A DNA stretch of 64,000 bases from Salisapilia sapeloensis CBS 127946. Lineage: Eukaryota; Protista; Oomycota. Both the position numbers and the translations under genes were made by a program. Below are positions 43,801-51,637 of this stretch, one piece after another; position 1 is the stretch's first letter; each line of letters begins with the position of its first letter. Under the pieces are notes generated by a model. That model did no database searches. It saw only the letters and a list, made by a program, of their open reading frames with translations, and had not been told where the DNA came from. The DNA is taken from positions 38,952 to 102,951 of the forward strand of contig JAADVB010000038.1 in NCBI GenBank assembly GCA_023334545.1, read 5' to 3'.

Positions 43801-46188
43801 AGACGCCTCAGCATCCACCGTGAATGTGACATTGGAATCCTCCTGTCGGAAACTAGCACGCACAAGCTCATGCTCGATACTGCCCCATGTCTCGGTGAAT
43901 TGGACGCGTGCAACAGCTTCTACAGCGTCAGCCACATGCGGCCAAAGTGTCGCGAACTTGACGTGGTACAGACCAAGCAAGTGGTTTCCAGCTGCAATCT
44001 TGTACACAGTTGGTGTCTGCGTCGATCGAGCGATGCTCTTGACACGATCAATCAAGTGCGTCACGTCACGCTCCATTCGCACAGTGAGCTTCTCGCACAT
44101 GCTTTCAAGACGAGTGCACAGGTCGAACATGTCGCACTTGCCATTACGCGCGCCGTCTTCTTCTTCCACATACTCGTGCTGCTCATGTGCCGTCAAGATC
44201 TCGAGAGAAACTAATCGGAGCTCATGCGACGGTGACTGGAGGTTCATACGCAGCTTATCGATCGACTTGTCAAGAGAAGAGGACGGGAAGAGCTGCTGTT
44301 GCTTCTCCGGAGTTTCCAACTGGAGCATGTCGCGAATGGTGCACAGCATCGTGTACGACTGGCTGTGTTCGTGCAGCATTGGCAAGAGTCGTTTCTCCGG
44401 TTCAGACTGCTTGGACTTTTTCTTCGGCAAATCCTTCTCACACAAGTACTCTAGTCGCCAAAGCTGTGCTCGAACCACATGCCACTCATCCGCGTCTTCC
44501 TTTGATGCAGTTGAAATCGCTTTATCGATCTTTGGGAGAGTCGAATGACAGGACTTTGCAAGGTCATTGGGAGCGCAGTTGACGAGCGAAAGTGCCTGGA
44601 GGTACTTCCATGCTGCTGCTAGATGCTGCTTTCGTTCGTCATCGTCTGCCTTTAGACATCGCTGGATGCACTTGGTAACATTGCTCGTCAATATCTCGTG
44701 TTGACTCTTCGCTGGTACGTTGAAGAATCTGTACAGCTTGTCCGAAAGCATGAACGAGGAAGCTGATAGCTCATCACGATGCTCACGTGCATACTCGCCA
44801 AGATCACACACGAGCATGGCAAAGCCAGTTACATCATCCTCTAGCAGCGTATTAAATGCCAATGGAAGAGCATTCGGGTAGACGTTCTGTTCGATGAAAT
44901 CCACTTGGATGTGTTCATGCTTCAAGACACGTTGTGTCCAAAGCAACAGTCGAGTGGCATACCACGCCTTGAGCTCTTTATTCTCTGTCATGGCAAAGAA
45001 CGTCTGGACTTGGCTCTTGACGATCGAGTCCTTATCCGGGAATAAGCGCCATACGCTGTCAAAGAACTGTAGTACCTCTTCTCGTAAGTTTTCATTGTCC
45101 GAAGCTAGTGCGACGCCTGCGTCTTCAAGGAGGGTGCGAGCTCGCTGGTGCAATGCTGCGACACTGTCCTTCTGTTCAGACAAAAGCTTTCCACCGCGGA
45201 ACCCAGCAAAGCGACGGAGTAGGAAGACAAGACGACTAAAGTACTCGTTATCTCTATCCGACGACGCCAACACTTTATCTAGAGCAGCAAGGTAGCAGTT
45301 CAAGAGCTCTCCTGCATGTTGTGCATCCGTGTGGTGCGTCAAGGCTTCACTAGTTCGACGCAGGATTTCGTACATGGCATCTAAACCTTCCTGGTCCTCT
45401 GTCAATTTGCCTTTTCTAAACGTAGATAACAATGCCGTGAACGTTTCCTGCATTCTTGAATGGAATCCATGCTTCACGTTTCGAAGTAAGTTGAAGAATA
45501 GTTTAGCAGACCCATCTTGCAGCGCTTCATTGTCTTTGGCAGCTCCACGCGTAAGTGCTTGGAGGTAATTGATCAAATACTTTTTCATCCCTTTCGTCGT
45601 TTCAATGCGACGCAAGAGCGTTGATAGTGTCTGTGCTGCGAACTCACGCACAAACTCTTTCGTGTGTCCTAGTAATGGAAAGTAGCACTTGTGAACAGCG
45701 TCCATGTCCTGTAAAATATGCATTCGAAGGTAGCTAAACATCATCGTGACGGTTTTAAAAACTCTCGTACTAAGCTCCGGGTCTTTCGTGTCAATGATAG
45801 AAACGAGGCCAGGTAGTACTTGAGCAAAGTACGGATAGAATGCACTTCGTAGCTCTCTCGCCAATGCTGTCAAGAGCTTTAGAATAGGTGTCAATCGCTC
45901 TCGTTGTAACTCCTCATCTCCTTCCGCTTCTAACTCATCTTGTAGCAACTTTACGACTTTAGGTAGATGATGCAATAGCTGTGGCGTCGTATTGACAAGC
46001 CTCAAGAGCTTTCGATACAGTCGTTGAAAGCCATCGAGCATGGTGAGCTCCGCTTGGAGCTGGAGCTCTTCCTGGAACGTTAGCCAATCTTCCGACGCAT
46101 TGGTCTTTGCATGCAGCTGCAAGTCCTGTCGTAAGTTATCTACACGCTCATCAACTTTCTGGAACCGATGTCGACGTTGCGAGGCCAT
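37840..46188 (-). CDS. UTP20: U3 snoRNP / SSU processome component UTP20 (HEAT repeats)
   Basis: About 2780-aa intronless HEAT protein. RHRFQKVDERV..L, HTKEFVREFAAQ, DRIM-like FREELTTF, HIQAHRRRRA, GYMVHVLAFTLHSIL, FLLDYPLGPKRL, YTYETGRKSVLE, and C-terminal DPEAAARRKMQKN. Confidence 0.93.
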   Translation of the reverse strand: MASQRRHRFQKVDERVDNLRQDLQLHAKTNASEDWLTFQEELQLQAELTMLDGFQRLYRKLLRLVNTTPQLLHHLPKVVKLLQDELEAEGDEELQRERLTPILKLLTALARELRSAFYPYFAQVLPGLVSIIDTKDPELSTRVFKTVTMMFSYLRMHILQDMDAVHKCYFPLLGHTKEFVREFAAQTLSTLLRRIETTKGMKKYLINYLQALTRGAAKDNEALQDGSAKLFFNLLRNVKHGFHSRMQETFTALLSTFRKGKLTEDQEGLDAMYEILRRTSEALTHHTDAQHAGELLNCYLAALDKVLASSDRDNEYFSRLVFLLRRFAGFRGGKLLSEQKDSVAALHQRARTLLEDAGVALASDNENLREEVLQFFDSVWRLFPDKDSIVKSQVQTFFAMTENKELKAWYATRLLLWTQRVLKHEHIQVDFIEQNVYPNALPLAFNTLLEDDVTGFAMLVCDLGEYAREHRDELSASSFMLSDKLYRFFNVPAKSQHEILTSNVTKCIQRCLKADDDERKQHLAAAWKYLQALSLVNCAPNDLAKSCHSTLPKIDKAISTASKEDADEWHVVRAQLWRLEYLCEKDLPKKKSKQSEPEKRLLPMLHEHSQSYTMLCTIRDMLQLETPEKQQQLFPSSSLDKSIDKLRMNLQSPSHELRLVSLEILTAHEQHEYVEEEDGARNGKCDMFDLCTRLESMCEKLTVRMERDVTHLIDRVKSIARSTQTPTVYKIAAGNHLLGLYHVKFATLWPHVADAVEAVARVQFTETWGSIEHELVRASFRQEDSNVTFTVDAEASDKEVETQITTQYNEASRLEKREVKASEVTDHITHHSLLWKGLLKVVDLVESKTKFIVPLFFVFLSKQYAYIYKDELSDTMLQQLHDAVQHVASADQTWHEQQVSETALSTKTVRSKFIDQLKVFAAFKNMKGAYAQTLLHSIFFDLLLKSDEAISQLALQCLMTFNNKHLTLYKENLMRLASLKTFREELTTFDVRADAGVVQNEHRSTLLPVMLRLLYSKCVSKKGRKTGDTVPARRATIMAYLASLDPSELEGFVALLARPFDLEEESLRAPDGCDATLVSVENVQSSRILGFLNLLEDVVNQLKGKLSPFVPAITNLLLSILQHNKEYRTEEEDVDMEIDNDKDQEETSSNYTAAMKRQTRMLTYRRLREVFEVYDALAPLTPQAQMLVSISKESILQLPNAVIGAEKASSLMDVLVAIASSNDVHHVLSSDMVESVLACLSAGLSTTTSEGTISRGIRPAVLEKVVIFINALLDQDEHSEASEKQMVPQIPCVLQHFVTRFESKTARHEKEHSSGSSKRELSVLCRLSEHLTASPDSNSRRAAKDLFQLLLPFLLRNHHSSPQEKQDILDVLTRLVPLVDDPRKHLFALSKLLAPGPNCIDERFAREKVVNVFVSISQHPSMPELAPVADFLQSLNAYDTARLEEVDIERRMDALQHTNEAKFVAFRDDATLLAPVLSQYLQLMHDNEFAVRSAALFGVTAFLDLAASAASAKDTKSPLLSVLESVVMPAVRISLKSRVEQVRRGFVSLLGEIADREALHNLPSVPGDLKRLRTKHDLDTDFFANVVHIQAHRRRRAIQRLSALMEEMAKEVKEEEEKETSTHEVFSNSTLNSIVIPLVLHFVFEEQSKGQEAIRNEAAACVGSAAGLMTWSSYLSLLRRLLKWIDGHGENEATIIDAVCSVVDHFHFPTPGTAEGWSTETSTDITVENSKIQDSMETQVLPLLQNYLFKAIDSKGKSKASKGALRDEHEGSNKTTVVRTPIGLAVVKILRRLRAETFYAEFPKLLMNVVRLLKSKEEAVRVSARSTLVKIVVELGPRYLYPVVEELRSTLRDGYMVHVLAFTLHSILDKVVGIVDTKKPPSLLEDASTKDTKEFASPLDPCISSIMPIIVEELFRNIVENQDGSIAPKSKMKEAKGTQGYDSLELLARSITFLPNPSIHEIIAALVEKFKENENAKSIEVLQESLKHVALGLTKNAGAERTYICLYVHNMLSKCLETISPASDKDKQAYEKKSKKLSNTWLVNEKSDAVAAELAKPVSAKAAVKVELQPRMTGNHRETERQKQQQTANSTAHIDQLLHFGIYMFYSVLRVGTLDPSIADPFVQYLMRCTKEAKANRTIVLALKCLTMLVPRNDLPSMNVAMQPLVNHLFKMLQKSGAATRNEVVQACYKTLTQILKQRPDYPLKESQLRVLLSFVRADLDQRDHQNATYSMLRAVVASRLVIPEVYDVITRIGELLVRSETLSGRSNCGAIYVSFLLDYPLGPKRLTQHLKFLVDNLNYTYETGRKSVLEALVSLVNKFPEEILNERAQFFFLPLVLRLTNDESAECRQLSGDVIEALLRRLGKQQVNESMSLVMTWWKSGASDPQLLMAAAQVTQIFVKARPDVMDRNATTILDTIQQVLATNIKEAQKAQDAAQVQWQVASHLLTCLLTCEEKLVRMTETWMANNAKFVWENVFFPLTRYPHSNVRTMALKLINVYLHRRSSDTLRVNEDSKLPKEVKSDAFLKTPGTLFKIASTMCKLLSKPGVSEDAANETLSIILFTCSALTSFPSIPQNVTDEEIAGEESDEGELGDDEDSKAIQERSKKEQSAAKESAKTPLGWVLTRLSFIARHDSPIAQRTIFKLFAALIQQQDVDFAKLYMMQLLNPLYRVAQQKEEEESENSVASFAQEVMEHLERKVGAEAFADSYTFVQKRLALFRAQRRDKRKRELVNDPEAAARRKMQKNDQKRRSKQLKKRKFALMKGSASAVTKPKKMPRPGAE

Positions 46189-46295
46189 TGCTCCACTTGT
46201 GTCTGCCAAGCGAAATTGTTGGTTGGCGACCTTTTCAACATCCTGAACACGTTTTAATACAAAACCCCAGTTTAATGAATCTTGAAGAGATGGAA

Positions 46296-48733
46296 TTAAT
46301 TTTTAGCTTCTGCTAGTGCGAGCACTGCTTTCCGTGCGTCTTCCGGTGTCATGGAGTCCATCGGTAAGGCTGCAAACTTTTCCAAAAACGCACTCGTCCT
46401 AGGTTTCTTCTCTCGTGTCATGTCCACATCTTCTTCGGCACTTCGCTTACTACCGATACTATGCTCCATGGCCTCGAGCTCCTCACTCTTCCGCTTGGCA
46501 GTCGCCAGGACGGAAGTAGGGAAGCCTGCCATCTTTGCTACATGCACACCGAAACTCTGGAGACAAGCTCCGTCATGGACTTGGTAACTCATGGTGATGC
46601 CATGATCGTCACTCGCGATCGCCGTCACGTGCTTATTGACAAATGTACCGTCCGCATGCTCTTGCTCGAGTGCCGTCAGTTCATGGAAGTGGGTGGCAAA
46701 GAGACATGCACACTGGATTTTGCGTAGGAGATAGTCGGAGATGGCCCATGCCAAACCAAAGCCATCGTAGGTGGAAGTACCTCGACCGAGTTCATCGATA
46801 ATCACGAGAGACTTGGACGTAGCGTTGTGGAGGATAGACGCTGCTTCCAGCATCTCCATCATGAACGTCGATACGCCTCGTTGCTGCAGGTCACCAGCAC
46901 CGACGCGGACAAGGAGTTTATCAAAGATAGGTAACTTGGCAGTAGCACACGGCACGAAGCTCCCGATCTGTGCCATCACGGCGATGGTGCCTAGTTGTCG
47001 GATGTACGTCGACTTGCCACCCATGTTCGGCCCTGTGATCAATTGAAAACGAGCTTTATCTTGTGACAACTCATAGTCGTTCGGAATGAAGTCGACAGTG
47101 TCTTGGAGTTCGACACAAGGGTGTCTAGCACCGGATAAGACGACCGAATGTGCGTCGACGTCCATTTGCGGACGACAGTACCCGCTCCCAGCGTGGCACG
47201 CAGCATGTGCAAAGCCCAGCAAGACATCCAACTCTGCCAAGGAGTTCGTCGCGGCTTCCAACACGGAGACATAAGTACTCGCTACGTCAATAGCAGCACT
47301 GACAAGATGTGCTTGGTGCTCGTTGTACTCACTCGTGATACGTTTGTAGTCACTAGCTAACGACTTAAGTCTCGTCGTCGTGAACTGCAGACCGTTCGCT
47401 AAGACTTGACAGATATGTACGTCATCAACTTTGGAGATACGTGCTTCCTCCTTTTTGTTAATGACACGAAAGACAAAACCTCGTACTTTATCCTTTTCAC
47501 ACTTGATGTCACCACCGATCGTGTCGAGAGCATTTCGATGTTCATTCTCGATCTCATGTAACACGTCGTTCCATTCATTCCGTAGAGTCGTGAGCTCTTC
47601 ATCGTGCTTAGCGTCAACTACAAGTATCGGTCGACTATTTAAATCGACGACTTCTTCCACGAGCTCGACGAATCCAACCAAGTCATTCATGATCTTTGCT
47701 AGAGGAGAAATGTACCTGGACTGGATGGTGGACTGTAAAGAGCCTTGGTAAGATGAAAGCAAGTCTTTAATACGAGGAAGAGCTGTTTTCGCAGCATCAT
47801 AGACACTGACGAGGTCGGTGAGTCCTGCATTCTTCTTTCTTTCTAATCGAGAGCTTAGTTTCTCCAGATCTGGAAGTGCTTTCATGCATTCATCCAAGAG
47901 TTCCATGCGTAAAGAAGTCTCTTCGACAAAGACTTGGACGAGTTCTTGGCGAGAGATAATGGTGTCAAGGTCGACGAGAGGCTGTCGAATCCATCTTTCC
48001 AGCAGACGACGTCCCATGGGCGTCTTGCCCTTGTTGAGAATCTCCAGAACGCTACCACTACCTCTCGAAGCGTTATTGTCACTTGGATCAGGCAGTAAAT
48101 TGAGTGACCAGATCGCCGAGGTGTCCAGATGCATGGCGGAGGATAAGTTTCCTTGGGTGAGCTTGTAGCATCCAAAGGCTGCAGCATCTGACATGAGGTT
48201 GAGGGCATCGATTAGGCAAGCTAAGCAGCCGACAGCGAGCTGCATCTCCATCTCGGCAGTGTACTCGGACATGGATTGGGCACCTAGGAGACGCTGGAGA
48301 TTGTCTTCTAAGGACGTATCTCGGAAAGAAGCCTTCTTCATATATACGATCGAGATATTCTGTGCTTTAAGTAGTCCATGCACCTTTTTCGCATCTCCTA
48401 CTCGAGCTATGATTAGCATGCATACTTCTATGTAAAATAACTATAAGATATTATACCTATGAGTGATTCCTGAGCCAAGTCAGGTGGAAGGTAGCAGGTA
48501 GTGGGCGTTAATTGCACGAGTAGCATCTCGAGGTTTGTCAATTCACTCGAATCTGAAAACGAGTATAGCATGAACTTCCATTGCTTGGTGTCTTCACCAG
48601 GTTTGCCTTTGATACAAGACTCTCGCCATCGAGGTCTTCGTAGTGCGACTCCAACTTCCTTCTGACCTTTTACATTGCGTATTTGAATGGCCAACTCCGT
48701 TGAAGGCATCTCATCCCTCGTTTCATCCATCAT
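46296..48733 (-). CDS. MSH2: DNA mismatch repair protein MSH2 (about 795 aa, apparently lacking domain I)
   Basis: Intron 48407-48456. KTPMGRRLLERWIRQPL, ITGPNMGGKSTYIRQ, AQIGSFVPC, RVGAGDLQQRGVSTFMMEMLE, IIDELGRGTSTYDGFGLAWAIS, FATHFHELT, QSFGVHVA. Confidence 0.93.
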
Positions 48734-49455
48734 GTAGCGATTTGATCGTGCCGATTGCGTTCCCGCCAAACAATTGACTTGGTTTTACTATGATGTGACG
48801 AGCTAATTTAGCATGCTAATCCAGTGGTTTAAAGTAAAAGTAAAATAACTTGATTAAAGTATGCTCGTGTGGATGAATTTTGAAAGGCAAGGCACAAAAG
48901 CGCCCGTAAATCGCACGCGAGGTTACCACAGTATTGCAAGTGCGCTACAAGTAAGTATAGCACTCTTTTGTGCTGTCTGTGGATCCATGAGCAAAGTTGG
49001 ATGCCTTTTATATGGATGACGACGCAGAATGCGGCATGCGTTTAATAGATGATGAAACTGTAGAGGGTACCAAACTGTCCTAAGTAAGGTCGTTACTCTA
49101 CGTCTACTTGAATTTGCATTTGCCAATAGTATATGAGAAGTATAAAGTTATTATTAGTCCATCTGCATTGGTGTATAGCTCCACAATGCTTCACGGCAGA
49201 ACTTTATTAAAAGTAATAGGTCGATGTGAAGGTACAATATTAGCAAGCAAAGCGATTAACTTTAAATCATGAAATACACCCCATTCTCCTTACCATCTAA
49301 ACGAACGGGACGAAGCTAAGAAAGCTCCATTGCACAGCACACCTTTATATAGCATTCGAATAAGCCTTGGCCTTCAATTCAAGCCGCATAAGACGTGGAC
49401 ACCTAGATCAAGGTACGCAACTGGTACCTCGTACTTAATCGCGCTCATTTTTGGC

Positions 49456-49471
49456 GCTCATTTTCCCTTTG
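49456..49471 (+). promoter_or_regulatory. Oomycete Inr/FPR-like core promoter
   Basis: GCTCATTTTCCCTTTG matches the GCTCATTYBNNNWTTY consensus at all but the last position, 17 bp before the ATG at 49488. A second GCTCATTT copy lies at 49443. Confidence 0.55.
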
Positions 49472-49487
49472 GCGCTGCCTCGACGAC

Positions 49488-50746
49488 ATGGAGATGGAAC
49501 TTTGTGACGACGTTTTCGCGAGTACACTGACCGTATCAGAGTTCCTAGACAAGATCATCAAGTCTGCAAAGTCTGGGAATGCAGCTCCTGCCAAGACTAA
49601 ACGCCGATTAGCGACGAGCGGGAGTAAATTAATCCAGCACATTGGTCGCTCGACGTCGGCTACGAAGCAAGATTTGACCACGTTGCAGATGCAAGTCATT
49701 GCGCATTTGTTAGTATGCTGTGCACCGAAGCTATCGAAACTCGCGCCACATAAGGAGCAGATGCGGAAAGAAGTACGACGGTTGCTAGACTTGGTAGCTC
49801 TCCAAGGCGACGTCGCGACGCCAGCGCAGCTCGTTGGTGAAGATCGACCTCCGTTTCATACATTCATGATAGATATCTTGGCAACCAAATTGGAAATGTA
49901 TTTGCCAAAGCTCTTCCAGTGTCTCCGACGCAAGTTTGAGATTGAGACGGAAGACCAGCAGACTCCACCAGCCATTCAGCAAGTACGTCTATCGTCTTAT
50001 GTATCTAGTCTGCTATACTTAAAGATCCTTGTAGGTGCTGTTATCTGCTAGTCAAGAGGAAGAAGCTGCAGATAAAGAGAATGTGGGGACGAAACGCAGC
50101 ATTCTCTCCGCTCTACGCGATGAAAACCCTCGCAAACGATGTCGTATAGAGGTACCACTGCTTACTCTATATCTATCCATCCACTCTCTGACATGAACAA
50201 CTTTACTAGACGGATGGCATCTTGAAAGAAGTACGCGTTTCATCGCAACAAGCATCTAGTCGTCGTACTATCTCCCCTCCATCTTTGACTACAAAAGTCC
50301 AGATGATAGCCTCCACTCCATCTCGAGAAGTATCGCCAAAGCGATCTCCTTTTCAACGCAAAAAGCCAGGTGCACTAGCCAATCTGTCACCTACTTCAGA
50401 TGAAAATGCTGGTTGCGTACCGAAGGATGCTGCTAGAAACGTAAAGCGTAAAGGCCTCGGTCCGAGTCTTTCTCAAAACGCTCGAAACAGTAACCTAAGA
50501 CCGCAACCTGCTTACCGAAAGAACACTTTTGTACCGGATGAGAACACACCTCCAGCTAAAAAGGTTGTTCAGGGTACACCAGAGAAACGTCGACCTGTCG
50601 AGTGTCGGAGGACGGTGCTAGTAGCAGCTTCACCTCCATGGAGAATGCCGACGTACAATGCTCAGCGCCATCGGACGGTCATCACAGCGTCTCCAATACT
50701 TGAGAAACCAAAGCCACGTCGGACACTTGCGACGCTACAATTTTAG
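49488..50746 (+). CDS. Cell-cycle-regulated protein, candidate Sld3/Treslin-like replication factor (about 382 aa)
   Basis: Introns 49983-50034 and 50152-50209 join two ORFs in frame. Helical N-domain, KEN box (DKENV), and nine S/T-P sites in the C-terminal tail. The gene model is solid; the family call is tentative. Confidence 0.45.
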
Positions 50747-50763
50747 AGGTTTAATAGCAAGTA

Positions 50764-51514
50764 TCATTCACTGTCACTGTCACTACTGTAAGCTACGAGT
50801 CCGATCGTTGCTGTCGTCGGTTTCTCTTCGACTTTCTTTTGTTTCTTTTTAGCGTTATCGTCTTCCTTCTTCGCCTTGCGTTTCAATCGAACGGAGAATT
50901 GATTGTTTGTTTGAGATGTTTTCATGGACTTGGATGCAAAGTCAGAGGATTCAGAGCGATTTGATTTGGACGTGTCGGCTTTCATGCCACTTCCACGAGC
51001 TAAGACTAATACATGGTATGAGGTCGTTGTGTCGTGTGCAGGATAGATGGTGTACGTACGGAACTGAGCTTTGTCGGAGTTGTACTGTTCTTTGCGTTTA
51101 TAATCGGATTCAGTCTGCTGAGACTCGAGGTGTCGAATGTACTCGATTTCTTCATCGTCCAAAGCTTTCGGTGGAGCTATTGAGACGGATAAGCGACAGC
51201 GTATGGAACGATTGATGGAATAGCTATACCAAAGGGGTTATTTTTGGACTTCCATTCACGATCTTGCTCTTCCTTGCGTTCCTGAAGCTGGTCGTATAGT
51301 GACTTTCCACTCTCATCACCTTCCTTGACTGCCGGTGCATGCTCTACACGCTTTTCTTCCGTGTTGTCGCCGAAAAGCTACATATTATTAAATCCGCAAT
51401 ATTCCATCAATTCTCATCGTTCCAATGAACTAACAATAAGCGCCGTACGCCGTCTGAAGACGTCAGGATGGACGTCGACACGAAGCCGCCGAGCTTCCCA
51501 CGGTTTTCTGTCAT
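50764..51514 (-). CDS. FAM192A: FAM192A/NIP30 (PSME3IP1, Fyv6-like) protein
   Basis: Two inferred introns give MTENRGKLGGFVSTS...KSLYDQLQERKEEQDREW...PPKALDDEEIEYIRHLE, the FAM192A N-terminal domain. The C-terminus is GLVAYSSDSDSE. Confidence 0.75.
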
Positions 51515-51637
51515 CTTAGCTTGTCAACAAATATACCCCGGTGTGCTTTTAGCATACTAAATATACCGCTATAAATTGTGTGGCTTTTGTCTATTTTCCC
51601 GCCAACTTGACTGGAAATCACAGCATTCAAGCACAAA

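Noticed and set aside
48790-49450. Possible hidden MSH2 domain I exon, or an ncRNA, in the AT-rich divergent intergenic region
   Set aside because: Reading the minus strand by eye shows frequent stops and no MSH2 N-terminal motif; no tRNA or snRNA-like structure seen.
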